DNA from: Macrostomum lignano
Lineage: Eukaryota
DNA: 64,000 bases
Direction: 5' to 3'
NCBI GenBank assembly: GCA_002269645.1
Contig: NIVC01000262.1
Coordinates: forward strand, 248,001-312,000
Shown: piece by piece, positions 12,640-26,230 of the stretch
Layout of the letters: every line of letters begins with the position of its first letter
Numbering within the stretch: the first letter of the stretch is position 1
Notes under the pieces: model-generated
What the model saw: the letters and a program-made list of their open reading frames with translations, nothing else
What the model was told of the DNA's origin: nothing
Database searches by the model: none
Position numbers and translations under genes: made by a program

Positions 12640-15600
12640 CGCCTGCGGCACCAAAATGAGTGTCTGCTTGCGGCGCCAAAATGAGTGTCTGCTTGCGGCG
12701 CCAAAATGAGTGTCTGCTTGCGGCGCCAAAATGAGTGTCTGATTGCGGCGCCAAAATGAGTGTCTGCTTGCGGCGCCAAAATGAGTGTCTGCTTGCGGCG
12801 CCAAAATGAGTGTCTGCTTGCGGCGCCAAAATGAGTGTCTGATTGCGGCGCCAAAATGAGTGTCTGCTTGCGGCGCCAAAATGAGTGTCTGCTTGCGGCG
12901 CCAAAATTAGTGTCTGCTTGCGGCGCCAAAATGAGTGTCTGCTTGCGGCGCAAAAATGAGTGTCTGCTTGCGGCGCCAAAATGAGTGTCTGCTTGCGGCG
13001 CTAAAATGAGTGCCTGCGGCGCTAAAATGAGTGCCTGCAGCGCTAAAATGAATAACTTTGGCGCCAAAATGAGTGCCTGCGGAGCTAAAATGAATGCCTG
13101 CGGAGCTAAAATGAGTGCCTGCGAAGCTAAAATGAGTGCCTGCGGCGCTAAAATAAGTGCCTGCGGCGCTAAAATGAATAACTTTGGCGCCAAAATGAGT
13201 GCCTGCGGAGCTAAAATGAGTGCCTACGGCGCTAAAATGAGTGCCTGTGGCGCTAAAATGAGTGCCTGTGGCGCCAAAATGAGTGTCTGCGGCGCTAAAA
13301 TGAGTGCCTGTGGCGCTAAAATGAGTGCCTGTGGCGCTAAAATGAGTAACTTTGGCGCCAAAATGAGTCTGCGGCGCTAAAATGAGTGCCTGCGGCGCTA
13401 AAATGAATAACTTTGGCGCCAAAATGAGTGCCTGCGGAGCTAAAATGAGTGCCTGCGGCGCTAAAATGAGTGCCTGCGGAGCTAAAATGAGTGCCTGCGG
13501 AGCTAAAATGAGTGCCTGCGGCGCTAAAATGAGTGCCTGTGGCGCTAAAATGAGTGCCTGTGGCGCCAAAATGAGTGTCTGCGGAGCTAAAATGAGTGCC
13601 TGCGGCGCTAAAATGAGTGCCTGCGGCGCTAAAATGAGTGCCTGTGGCGCCAAAATGAGTGTCTGCGGAGCTAAAATGAGTGCCTGCGGCGCTAAAATGA
13701 GTGCCTGCGGCGCTAAAATGAGTGCCTGTGGCGCTAAAATGAGTAACTTTGGCGCCAAAATGAGTCTGCGGCGCTAAAATGAGTGTCTGCGGCGCTAAAA
13801 TGAGTGCCTGTGGCGCTAAAATGAGTGCCTGTGGCGCTAAAATGAGTAACTTTGGCGCTAAAATGAGTAACTTTGGCGCCAAAATGAGTGCCTGCGGCGC
13901 TAAAATGAATAACTTTGGCGCCAAAATGAGTGCCTGCGGAGCTAAAATTAGTGCCTGCGGCGCTAAAATGAGTGCCTGTGGCGCTAAAATGAGTGCCTGT
14001 GGCGCCAAAATGAGTGTCTGCGGAGCTAAAATGAGTGTCTGCGGCGCTAAAATGAGTGCTTGCGGCGCCAAAATGAGTGCCTGCAGCGCTAAAATGAATA
14101 ACTTTGGCGCCAAAATGAGTGCCTGCGGAGCTAAAATGAGTGCCTACGGCGCTAAAATGAGTGCCTGTGGCGCTAAAATGAGTGCCTGTGGCGCCAAAAT
14201 GAGTGTCTGCGGCGCTAAAATGAGTGCCTGTGGCGCTAAAATGAGTGCCTGTGGCGCTAAAATGAGTAACTTTGGCGCCAAAATGAGTCTGCGGCGCTAA
14301 AATGAGTGCCTGCGGCGCTAAAATGAATAACTTTGGCGCCAAAATGAGTGCCTGCGGAGCTAAAATGAGTGCCTGCGGCGCTAAAATGAGTGCCTGCGGA
14401 GCTAAAATGAGTGCCTGCGGAGCTAAAATGAGTGCCTGCGGCGCTAAAATGAGTGCCTGTGGCGCTAAAATGAGTGCCTGTGGCGCCAAAATGAGTGTCT
14501 GCGGAGCTAAAATGAGTGCCTGCGGCGCTAAAATGAGTGCCTGCGGCGCTAAAATGAGTGCCTGTGGCGCCAAAATGAGTGTCTGCGGAGCTAAAATGAG
14601 TGCCTGCGGCGCTAAAATGAGTGCCTGTAGCGCTAAAATGAGTGCCTGTGGCGCTAAAATGAGTAACTTTGGCGCCAAAATGAGTCTGCGGCGCTAAAAT
14701 GAGTGTCTGCGGCGCTAAAATGAGTGCCTGTGGCGCTAAAATGAGTGCCTGTGGCGCTAAAATGAGTAACTTTGGCGCCAAAATGAGTCTGCGGCGCTAA
14801 AATGAGTGCCTGCGGCGCTAAAATGAATAACTTTGGCGCCAAAATGAGTGCCTGCGGAGCTAAAATGAGTGCCTGCGGCGCTAAAATGAGTGCCTGTGGC
14901 GCTAAAATGAGTGCCTGTGGCGCCAAAATGAGTGTCTGCGGCGCTAAAATGAGTGCCTGTGGCGCTAAAATGAGTGCCTGTGGCGCTAAAATGAGTAACT
15001 TTGGCGCCAAAATGAGTCTGCGGCGCTAAAATGAGTGCCTGCGGCGCTAAAATGAGTAACTTTGGCGCCAAAATGAGTGCCTGCGGCGCTAAAATGAATA
15101 ACTTTGGCGCCAAAATGAGTGCCTGCGGAGCTAAAATTAGTGCCTGCGGCGCTAAAATGAGTGCCTGTGGCGCTAAAATGAGTGCCTGTGGCGCCAAAAT
15201 GAGTGTCTGCGGAGCTAAAATGAGTGTCTGCGGCGCTAAAATGAGTGCTTGCGGCGCCAAAATGAGTGCCTGCGGCGCTAAAATGAGTGCCTGTGGCGCC
15301 AAAATGAGTGTCTGCTTGCGGCGCCAAAATGAGTGTCTGCTTGCGGCGCCAAAATTAGTGTCTGCTTGCGGCGCCAAAATGAGTGTCTGCTTGCGGCGCA
15401 AAAATGAGTGTCTGCTTGCGGCGCCAAAATGAGTGTCTGCTTGCGGCGCCAAAATGAGTGTCTGCTTGCGGCGCTAAAATGAGTGCCTGCGGCGCTAAAA
15501 TGAGTGCCTGCAGCGCTAAAATGAATAACTTTGGCGCCAAAATGAGTGCCTGCGGAGCTAAAATGAATGCCTGCGGAGCTAAAATGAGTGCCTGCGAAGC

Positions 15601-16365
15601 TAAAATGAGTGCCTGCGGCGCTAAAATGAGTGCCTGCGGCGCTAAAATGAATAACTTTGGCGCCAAAATGAGTGCCTGCGGAGCTAAAATGAGTGCCTAC
15701 GGCGCTAAAATGAGTGCCTGTGGCGCTAAAATGAGTGCCTGTGGCGCTAAAATGAGTGCCTGTGGCGCTAAAATGAGTAACTTTGGCGCCAAAATGAGTC
15801 TGCGGCGCTAAAATGAGTGTCTGCGGCGCTAAAATGAGTAACTTTGGCGCCAAAATGAGTGCCTGCGGCGCTAAAATGAATAACTTTGGCGCCAAAATGA
15901 GTGCCTGCGGAGCTAAAATGAGTGCCTGCGGCGCTAAAATGAGTGCCTGTGGCGCTAAAATGAGTGCCTGTGGCGCCAAAATGAGTGTCTGCGGCGCTAA
16001 AATGAGTGCCTGTGGCGCTAAAATGAGTGCCTGTGGCGCTAAAATGAGTAACTTTGGCGCCAAAATGAGTCTGCGGCGCTAAAATGAGTGCCTGCGGCGC
16101 TAAAATGAGTAACTTTGGCGCCAAAATGAGTGCCTGCGGCGCTAAAATGAATAACTTTGGCGCCAAAATGAGTGCCTGCGGAGCTAAAATTAGTGCCTGC
16201 GGCGCTAAAATGAGTGCCTGTGGCGCTAAAATGAGTGCCTGTGGCGCCAAAATGAGTGTCTGCGGAGCTAAAATGAGTGTCTGCGGCGCTAAAATGAGTG
16301 CTTGCGGCGCCAAAATGAGTGCCTGCGGCGCTAAAATGAGTGCCTGTGGCGCCAAAATGAGTGCT
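12640..16365. repeat. 3.7-kb CpG-rich satellite, 21-bp (AAAATGAGTGCCTGCGGCGCT) and 24-bp variants, with higher-order blocks
   Basis: Tandem copies; internal variant blocks recur at offsets of about 920, 1050 and 2470 bp. Confidence 0.97.
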
Positions 16366-17249
16366 AACAATACCGATTCTCAAAACAATATACATCTAGA
16401 ATTCTTGGCTTTGTCCACCCCATTCCATAAAACCGATGACGACGCCCTGTCTGCGACAATCTTAAGCGTAAGTCATTCTCTTTATCCTTTGTTGTTGAGC
16501 ATTTCTTTAATTAATTTTCAAAAAAAACATTAGAAGAGCCTTTTATTTAGTTCACAGATAAAAGACTGCAGAGTCGCCCGGCTATTTATAGGTGGATGGA
16601 TGGATTACGGAGTATTCTCATGGCAAAAAATGATGAGAAGGATGGGAGACGAGGAGTGGAGCACACGTACTTTGCACTTCTAGTGACGCCTTTGACGTCA
16701 GCGAGCTGCAGGCCCATCACCTCTCCCCCCGGCTCAACTCATCCCAGAGCCATTTTTGCTTTCAACTCCCTGCCTCTCTCCCTCACCTCCTATAAGCTTC
16801 CCTATAGTCAATTCCCCTCAACCCCGAACCCCGCCTGAAAAACACACACACGCACACAGAGAGGGGAGGCGAGGCTGCGTTCAAATTAGATTTTCGTAAA
16901 TCCCCCTAGGGGGGGGACTGAGGACATGAGCCTTCAGCCCAGCCTGACTTTAGAAACTTATATATATATAATGCCTAGGAACTCCCCATCATAATCCGCC
17001 ACTGCAGATCATGCGTGCAAAGCTAAGATTAAGTCTGCTCTGTGCTCTCCACTAGCTAGATCCGTCAGTCAGCAACTACTCAAATTTTGGGAACCTCTGA
17101 CTCGGTCCGACTGGACGTTCTAAAAAAATATCTTTAACCTTTAATTAACCTTTTAATTATTAGCTACAACCGGTACAGAGGAAAATGGGGAGAAAACCTG
17201 ATAGACAGTAAATTCGGTCTGCTAAACTGGCTGAAAATACCTTAGGCCA

Positions 17250-17460
17250 TTTGCGCTACATATCGGTAGATATGAAGATTCTTAAGTGCAAAAGCCATTT
17301 ACGCTACATATCGGTAGACATGTTGATCCCCGTGTATGAAGCTTTTTACGATACATATCGGTAGGCATGTTGATTCCCGTGTGTAAAGCTTTTTACGATA
17401 CATATCGGTAGGCATGTTGATTTCTGTGTGTGAAGCTATTTACAAAACATATCGGTAGAA
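17250..17460. repeat. Diverged copies of the 48-bp repeat also found at 20125-20510
   Basis: TACG(C/A)TACATATCGGTAG(G/A)CATG core repeated about 4-5 times. Confidence 0.8.
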
Positions 17461-17949
17461 ATAAAATTGCGCTTTGTAGAAAATTTAACGGCATCGATGG
17501 CTGTCGATGTTGACATCAAGAAATTGGCTGCCACGTGAAAAGAATCGAAAGCTAATAAATGAACATTTCCTATTCATCTCCCAACTAAAAGCTTGCCCAA
17601 TTTTCCCAGAATCGGCGGGAAAAACGTCTCAAAAAACCTCTGCTACAGTGGGCCAGACCTCTCAATAAAAAGCCTGCCTAGAAAAACCCGGTTACAAACA
17701 GAATTCCATTTATAGCAGGCCAGTAAGGGGAGAGGGAGAGACGGATTGAACCGGGCAGAGTGAAAGCTGAGAGCAGCCATCGGGTTGGGGAAAAACAGCC
17801 TCAGTTCTGCGCCAACTGATCGGACTCGGGCAGAGGCTACGGCTTGCAGTGGCTGACTGATCGAGTCTGAGTAGCTATAGAAAAGGATGCACTTTTGATG
17901 AGCAGCTTTTCACTTCTCAATTGAAGCATGGGCTGCTGACACAGGAGAC

Positions 17950-17969
17950 TGTCTGTCTGTCTGTCTGTC

Positions 17970-18006
<37 letters not shown>

Positions 18007-18080
18007 GTCTTGTCTATCTCTGTCTTAGTGTCTGTCTGTCTGTCTTAGTGTCTGTCTGTCTTAGTGTCTGTCTGTCTTAG

Positions 18081-18163
<83 letters not shown>

Positions 18164-18307
18164 GTCTCTCTGTCTGTCTGTCTGTCTGTCTCTGTCTGTC
18201 TGGCTGTCTTGTCTATCTCTGTCTTAGTGTCTGTCTGTCTTAGTGTCTGTCTGTCTTAGTGTCTGTCTGTCTTAGTGTCTGTCTGTCTGTCTTAGTGTCT
18301 GTCTGTC

Positions 18308-18362
<55 letters not shown>

Positions 18363-18384
18363 GTCTTGTCTATCTCTGTCTTAG

Positions 18385-18429
<45 letters not shown>

Positions 18430-18447
18430 TGTCTATCTCTGTCTTAG

Positions 18448-18500
<53 letters not shown>

Positions 18501-18548
18501 TGTCTATCTCTGTCTTAGTGTCTGTCTGTCTGTCTGTCTGTCTTAGTC

Positions 18549-18615
<67 letters not shown>

Positions 18616-18640
18616 TTTTGTCTGTCTGTCTGTCTGTTTT
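17950..18640. repeat. (TCTG)n microsatellite with interspersed TCTTGTCTATCTCTGTCTTAGTG units
   Basis: Read directly from the sequence. Confidence 0.97.
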
Positions 18641-19059
18641 AGTGCCGGCCTGTCTGACATCCCGCCATCGACCCAAAGCTGCTCAGCACAGCGGCAGACA
18701 GTACTACGGGAGATCAGAGGGCCCGCACGGGAGTGAGCAGAAAATCACAATAAAAGGATGCAGTGCGTCAGGCTTGCACTCTAAATCGTAGGCACTTTTC
18801 CTAACAAGAATTGACGAACGTAAGGTAGGGGGAGTGCGGAAAAAATCTGGGGCTGGAAGACGGAAGGCAGAGTCAGACGCAATGCCAGGCCTGCCAATTT
18901 CAAGTAGATGAATATTCATATTAAATTTGACAGCCAAGGCAGTTGAAAGACTGCAATTTCGAAAATAAAAGGAAGAATTATTTCATTTTTTCCAATTTTC
19001 CATATCAAAGCACAGGAAAGGTAGGGACGCCCCGTGGAGAGATTATTTAATTAAAAAGG

Positions 19060-19102
<43 letters not shown>

Positions 19103-19565
19103 GATGCGGAGGGAAATTACAAGGAAGAGAGGGGAAGGGAAGAAACCGGTCTGCCTGTATGTTTTCTGAAAGAGAAGACAGGAAGAACAAAGGGAGACAA
19201 GAGAGAAGAGAAGAGAGGGGAGAAGAGAGGGAGAAGAGAGGGAGAGGAGAGGAGGAGAATGGGAAAGAAGAGAGGGAGAGAAGAAAAAAGGGAGGGAGAC
19301 AAGAGAGAATATAAGATAGGGAGAGAAGAAAGGGAGAGAGGAGAGGGAGAGAAGAGAAAAGAGAGGGGAGTGAAGAGGCAGAGAGAAGAGAGGAGAGGTA
19401 AAGAATAGAGAAGAGAGTCTGAAGAGAGGGAGGGAGAGAAGAGAGAAGAGAGGGGAGAGAAGAGGCAGAGAGAAGAGGTAATGAAGAGAGAAGAGAGGGA
19501 GAGAAGAGAGGGGAGAGAAGAGGCGGAGAGAAGAGAGAAGAGGTAAAGAAGAGAGAAGACAGGGA

Positions 19566-19604
<39 letters not shown>

Positions 19605-19605
19605 T

Positions 19606-19645
<40 letters not shown>

Positions 19646-19670
19646 GGGAGAGGAGAGGAGGAAAAGAGAA
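19060..19670. repeat. Purine-rich (GA) low-complexity intronic tract
   Basis: GAGAGAAGAGAGGG-type repeats starting about 35 nt after the 19705 donor (gene orientation). Confidence 0.9.
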
Positions 19671-19705
19671 AGCAAACGCGCCATCTGAAGGCAATGGGGC
19701 CTCAC

Positions 19706-22700
19706 CAGCAAAACAACGCCATTATCAATCGGATTGCCGTTAGCGCTGGCGGAGGGCGGTTCCACGTCAGCGAACGCCCGGGCAGCCGGAGCAGCGGCAA
19801 CAGTGGGCGAGCCGGGATCGGACAGAGAGGAGGCAGCATTGACGGAGGATCTGGCGCCGCCGCCGAGGCAGCCGATGATGCCGCCACCGCCGCTGCTGCT
19901 GATGCCGCCAAGGCTGTCCGCTAAGGAGTAATAGTCATCGACTCCGTCCTGCGGATGCGACATTGTGCAAATTCAAAAATATAGTAAATCCAAGGTTTGT
20001 AGCAAGGATATGAATTTTTTTATGCCTGACAATTTTTTTGTAGCTACGAAGCAGGTCACCAGTAGTTTTAATTAGAAAGAAATTTTAGCATGTTACGTAG
20101 AGACGATGATTCTAGTGTGTAAAGCTGTTTACGCTACATATCGGTAGGCATGAAGATTCCAGTGTGTAAAAGGTATTTACGCTACATATCGGTAGGCATG
20201 AATATTCCAGTGTGTAAAAGGTATTTACGCTACATATCGGTAGGCATGAAGATTCCAGAATGCAGAATGTATTCACGAATCACGCTACATATCGGTAGGC
20301 ATGAAGATTCCAGTGTGCAAAAGGTATTTACGCTACACATCGGTAGGCATGAATATTTCAGTGTGCAAAAGGCATTTACGCTACATATCGGTAGGCATGA
20401 AGATTCCAGTATGTAAAGGGTATTTACGCTACATATCGGTAGGCATGAAGATTCCAGTATGTAAAGGGTATTCACGCTACATATCGGTAGGCATGAAGAT
20501 TGAGGTGTGTAAGTTTTTCACTTAAAAGTTAGAACTGTGTTGAGATCTAATAGTCACAAACTATCGTGCTTAAGGTAGATTCGAGATTGAGTAGCTCAAG
20601 GCCTGAGTAATTTGAAAAGTTAATAACAGTTGGGTAGGCAGACAAACCTCGACAGAAGCCGCGCCACCCATGCTGTCGACATAAGGGGCGGCAGCACCAG
20701 CGACGGCGGCACCGCCGGCGGCAGTCGATGGAATTCGACTTTCCAGATCCGAGGAGCCGCGGCGACGTCGCTGACGGCGGTCGCGCAAGGCGAGGCCGAC
20801 AGCTTTGAGAATGTCCAGCTTGCACAGGGGGCAGTTGCGCTGGTCCAGCAGCCAAGGGTCGATGCAAGAACGGTGGTAGAAGTGCCTGGGGAGGCGGGGC
20901 AACAGAGTGATACATTCTAATTGATCGAATTAACAATCTACTGAGTCTACCTCACAATCTACCGAGTTTACGTCACAATCTACCGAGTTTACCTCACAAT
21001 CTACTGAGTCTATCTCACAATCTGACCGAGTTTACCTCACAATCTACTGAGTCTACTTTACAACCTGCTGGTTGGTACTTATAAACTACCAGTTGGAATT
21101 TACTATCTATCGGTTGGAATTTACAATCTATCAGTTGGAATTTACAATCTACCAGTTGGAATTTACGATCTGACGGTTGGAATTTACAATCTACCAGTTG
21201 GAATTTACGATCTGACGGTTGGAATTTACAATCTGCCAGTTGGAATTTACAATCTACCAGTTAAAATTTACAATCTACCAGTTGGAATTTACAATCTACC
21301 AGTTGGAATTTACAATCTGCCAGTTGGAATTTACAATCTGCCAGTTGGAATTCACAATGGAGAAGACCAGCAAATCGTAAAGAATATGCTATATAGTTTC
21401 TCGCTAAAAGCAGCAGGAGGCAATAAATAATGCATAGTTCCCCAATCTGCTTGGGCAAAAGTACAAAGGGCAAATGGTCAGCAGCGGACATAAGGCCTGG
21501 CTTAGGAGTTAAGCACAGCCCACTGCACCACCCTATCTACATAAATTCACCGGGAAGGGTACAAAAAATACGGTACTTGGTGGAATTTCTTCCCACTTTT
21601 CCCAGTGAAAGCCTGCCTGAAAGATTGCATTTCCCTAGGGAATAGGGAAAAATGGCTGAAAATATGATTGCAAGCGGCTGTATGGCCTCGCATAAGCTGT
21701 GCAAATTTTTCCATTTTTTACTTATCTGCGAATTATAATGCTATTGTAACTTGAGCCCACCGATTATTAACACCACTGCACCCTCTCCCCGCCCTTCACC
21801 CTCTTACCCTCTCACCCTCCTATCATTCTCCTACCCTCCCTTCACCCTCTTACCCCCTTCACTCTCTTACCCTCCTTTTACCCTCTTACCCCCCCTTTTA
21901 CCCTCTTACCCCCTTTACCCTCTTACCTTCCTTTTACCCTCTTAACCTCCTTTCATCCTCTTACCCTTCCTTCACCCTCTCACCCTCCCTTCACCCTCTT
22001 ACCTCCTTTCACTTTTTTACCCTCCCTTCACCCTCTTATCCTCCATTTACCCTCTTACCCTCCCTTCACTCTCTTACCCTCCTTTCACCCTCTTACCCTC
22101 CTTTCACTCTCTTACCCTCCGTTCACTCTCTTACCCTCCCTTCACCCTCTTACACTCCCTTCACTCTCTTACCCCCTCTTCACCCTCTTACCCTCCCTTC
22201 ACTCTCTTACCCTCCGTTCACCCTCTTACCCTCCGTTCACTCTCTTACCCTCCGTTCACTCTCTTACCCTCCCTTCACCCTCTTACACTCCCTTCACTCT
22301 CTTACCCTCCCTTCACCCTCTTACACTCCCTTCACTCTCTTACCCCCTCTTCACCCTCTTACCCTCCCTTCCTCCTCCTACCCCCCTCTCCTGCCTACTC
22401 ACTTGCAGGGCAGAATTCGGACAGCATCGGACACACGATACGGCTCAATGCAGACAGCGCATTGGTCTCCAATCCAGACGAAATCCTGGATCAAGGGTGT
22501 TTGATGGACAAAATCGATCGATACATGAATAACAGACATAAAAAATCAGTATAAATCGTATAAAAATCAATTATCCAATAAATAGCCAAGTGCTATGACT
22601 ATCATTTTATTATTATACAGCAAAAAACAGCTTCAATCTGGCGAGAACGCCCACGCTATCCATTATATATAAAAAAACACAGTTTGCATTTAGCTGTCAA

Positions 22701-25598
22701 TAAGTCAGACCATGACAGACACACGTGAGCAGCTACTCAACTAACCTATAGCTCAGCTTCCATTGTGGAGCTATAAGAGAGGATTCCTACATATTCCCAC
22801 AGCTCCCCAATCAATACGCTTTAACTGTTTGGTTAAAGTTAGCCAGTCTGAGATCTTTATTTGATGGTAGAATTAGTCCTTTTATTATTCACATGCATCG
22901 CATACTAAATTTTGTTTCGTTCGTTTGTTCGTTTGTTTTGTTACTAAATTTCGATCATACAACTAGGGCCCCCTAGTATACAAAGAAATTTTTTCAACAA
23001 AAATTTTATTTGAAGTGTCTGCATTCTCTATTTATTAAGCTATTAGTATAGCAATGGACTAGTCATCTACATTCTAGTAACCAGCAATTTACATTCTAGT
23101 AACTAGCAATCTAAATTCTAGTAGGTCTAGCAATCTGAATTCTAGTAGCTAGTAATCTGAATTCTAGTAGCTAGCAATCTAAATTCTAGTAACTAGCAAT
23201 CTGAATTCTAGTAGCTAGTAATCTGAATTCTAGTAGCTAGCAATCTGTATTCTAGTAGCTAGTAATCTGAATTCTAGTAGCTAGTAATCTGAATTCTAGT
23301 AACTAGCAATCTGTATTCTAGTAACTAGTAATCTGAATTCTAGTAACTAGTAATCTGAATTCTAGTAACTAGCAATATATATTTTAGTAGCTAGAAAAAG
23401 GCGAGGATTTTTATACTTAATTAGTCACTATTAGCCATAATTATAAATCAGACAGAGTGCAATTATTCGCTAATAAACATATGCTAACAAAGCAGTGAGG
23501 CGAGCAACGCCAGTTTCACAAATGCCTCATCAAAGAAGAGAGGATGCCTCATCAAAGAGATGAAGCACGTGAGCAATAAGCAACCAGGCAGACTGACGCA
23601 CAGGGCCTATCAAACTCGCATTTTCCAGACCCACCTGCCGGGTGGAGCACGCGAAGACCCGCAATAATAAAAAAGAGGCAATTTTCTCTGACAAAGATCT
23701 GCTTAGAACACGTGAGCCACTGCAGAAAAAATCTCATTCCTAGTAATTAATTATTGTCACCTGCACGAATCGAGACAGTTTTTTTGGTGCTGTCGTCAAC
23801 ATTCACCCGCACTCAACACGTCAACATTCAAAAAGCACTCTCTTTCGCTGCTTTTCAGGAAAATTTTCCCATAAGAAATCTTGCTTTCAAATTTCCACCC
23901 ATCACCTGTAGGATCATAGTTTCTCACCCATAGGGCCATAAACTCACCCATAGGGTCATAAACTCTCACCCATAGCCCATAGGGTCATAAACTCTCACCC
24001 ATAGGGTCATAAACTCTCACCCATAGGGTCATAAATTCTCATCCATAGGGTCATAAACTCTTACCCATAGCCCATAGGGTCATAAACTTTCATCCATAGG
24101 GTCATAAACTCTCACCCATAGGGTCATAAACTCTCATCCATAGGGTCATAAACTCTCACCCATAGGGTCATAAACTCTCATCCATAGGGTCATAAACTCT
24201 CACCCATAGGGTCATAAACTCTCATCCATAGGGTCATAAACTCTCACCCATAGGGTCATAAACTCTCATCCATAGGGTCATAAACTCTCATCCATAGGGT
24301 CATAAACTCTCATCCATAGGGTCATAAACTCTCATCCATAGGGTCATAAACTCTCATCCATAGGGTCATAAACTCTCATCCATAGGGTCATAAATTCTCG
24401 CCCTTTTAAAAATAAACTCTCACTGATAATCTCATAGAATCTCACTCAGTTTGAAAAATCTTAACTGCTAATCTAAGAAAATCTCTAGTATTAGTCTCCT
24501 GAAATCTCACCTATTGTATTTCATTAGCCTCATCTAAAAAATCAAACCACAAATTTACCTTGTCTCCAGGTTTAAGAATCCTCACGGGAATCATTGTCAA
24601 AGCCTTTTTAGCTGCATTACCAAGTCGACGCTGAAATATAACAGACAAAAAATAATGTTAGCATAGTCCGATATGTATCGAAAGTAATAGTAAAACAGCA
24701 GCAAAAATAGCATTACCGATAGACGCTCCTTAGCGTGCAAATAGCGGAATCTCTGCACATAATAGAACACCAACCAGGATAGGCTAATTATCATGAGCAG
24801 TATGAAGGACACGGACACAAACAGTACGGAGGTTTTATTAATGAGATTATCCAGCATAGACAGGCGATAATTAATACTGATACTGCAGCTCCGGTTCAAC
24901 AGGTCCTCAGCTAAGCGACTGGGCGAACCGGCCTGACCAGTGTAAGCCAGCACGTACAGACCTGGCGGATGCTGCAAGCTAGCCTCATCAGCCGGATTAA
25001 ACAGCTGAGGCAGCGGAGCCCGTTCGGCAATATCCCGGAGTAGAAAGAGCTTAGCAAACGGAGACAGCTGGCGCACAGCCTGCACCAGCTGCAGCAGGGT
25101 GCACACTCGAGCGCTAACTAGGGCCACAAAATTGCCAGATTCAATCAAATCGAACAGATTCGAAGGCGTCGAGGCGGCCGGATAGGCCAGCTGACAATTC
25201 GGATTGATATTGAAAGCTATGATTGGCTTGTGAATGATTGACAGCTCGTAGATGTCGGCCGGCCGCACTAGCCAGTTCAGTCTAGCTGGGGAACTGGTTG
25301 CCGTGGTGGCTCCGGCCGCTGTGGCGGCAATGGTGATCGCCGGTGGCGGCTGTTCAACACTGTAAGCTGCTGCAGCGGACTTCGACAGGCCCGGGGTGCA
25401 GTTGACAGCCAGGCTGTACTCGTCCTGACGCCTGTGATATGTTGGAGCCATGAGATCTGCCGGGTTGCTGGAGCCGGCGCCGCCAACAACGCTGATGCCG
25501 CTGCCGGAGACGCTCCTAGTCAGGTGGGTCTGACAGGAGCAGTTGGACAACAGCAGGGCTAAACAGAGTAGAGAACTGATTAGCTTGTGACACTTCAT
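19706..25598 (-). CDS. Goliath/GRAIL (RNF130/RNF150-family) PA-TM-RING-H2 E3 ubiquitin ligase
   Basis: Exons 25598-24717, 24630-24559, 22485-22403, 20885-20648, 19948-19706, all GT-AG and phase-consistent. Signal peptide [22 protein letters not shown]; diverged PA-like segment ([13 protein letters not shown]); [40 protein letters not shown]; [11 protein letters not shown]; RING-H2 [47 protein letters not shown]. Terminal exon uncertain. Confidence 0.92.
20125..20510. repeat. 48-bp minisatellite (intron of the RING gene)
   Basis: Unit TACGCTACATATCGGTAGGCATGAAGATTCCAGTGTGTAAAAGGTATT, about 8 copies. Confidence 0.93.
20940..21355. repeat. Two adjacent 21-bp arrays (CTACTGAGTCTACCTCACAAT; ACCAGTTGGAATTTACAATCT)
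   Basis: Read directly; both share an ACAATCTAC motif. Confidence 0.85.
21790..22375. repeat. 19-bp pyrimidine minisatellite (CCTCCCTTCACCCTCTTAC)
   Basis: Read directly; starts about 25 nt inside the 22402 donor. Confidence 0.9.
23060..23395. repeat. 22-bp minisatellite (TCTAGTAGCTAGCAATCTGAAT)
   Basis: Read directly from the sequence. Confidence 0.9.
23925..24400. repeat. 22-bp minisatellite (CATAGGGTCATAAACTCTCACC)
   Basis: Read directly from the sequence. Confidence 0.95.
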
Positions 25599-25889
25599 TC
25601 TGTCTTTTTTTTAACTAATAATCATGAAGGAAACAAGAGTGGATTGTAGAAATCCCTATTTTGCTGCATTTTTACTATATATTATATGGGGGTGTTTTCA
25701 ACACTGAGGAATTACCATTGGATGATGCCTGTAGGGCCAATCAGAAAAAAACACTCTCTTTCAACGGTAGACATAATTTCGTAAAGCACATTACAAGTGC
25801 ATATAATTCAGAATGATTTACAGTTGGATTTTTATACTTCAAATCTGACTAACCCTATTGATAATTTCTATGAAAACTACAAACAGTAA

Positions 25890-26230
25890 CAGATGTGTGC
25901 ACCCTGGCGCACTTTATGCGACATTGTCTCACAACCGGCGAGTGGCATTGCTGCCCATTCCGCCGACTCCCCTGAACAGGCACACAAGCGCGCGGATACC
26001 TACGCAGTCATACACTCAGGGCACACACTCACACAGGAGTGTATAGCAGTCCTAACTATTTACCATTAGGCATGTCACACTTCACTGTGCTTTGGTGGTT
26101 GGCCCTCAGGGGTGTTAATTCCACCAGCAGACCCAAACTGAGATTCCCATTTAGCTCTGGACTAATGTGACTGCACTTGGAATCGAGCTTGAGCCGCTGG
26201 AACATACAAGCGCTGCACTAGGCTACAGCC
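25890..26230 (-). mobile_element. tRNA-derived SINE, apparently full-length copy (about 340 bp)
   Basis: 5' head GGCTGTAGCCTAGTGCAGCGC...GCTCGATTCCAAGTGCAGTCA has A-box-like and B-box-like motifs and a 7-bp acceptor-like stem (GGCTGTA/TGCAGTC). About 80% identity by eye to 54918-55053, and to 26420-26580 in inverted orientation. Confidence 0.7.

Noticed and set aside
16400-16467. Plus-strand mini-exon with a strong GTAAGT donor
   Set aside because: No phase-linked partner exons or homology; may be a chance motif.
11128-16533. Long repetitive ORFs (MGNPIFR.., MSACGAK.., LILAPQA..)
   Set aside because: Translations of 21/24-bp tandem arrays; open only because the unit length is a multiple of 3. 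No splice or homology support.
19043-19700. Leu/Ser/Pro-rich 306-aa ORF extension
   Set aside because: Past the 19705 donor the frame runs through a GA/CT low-complexity intron.
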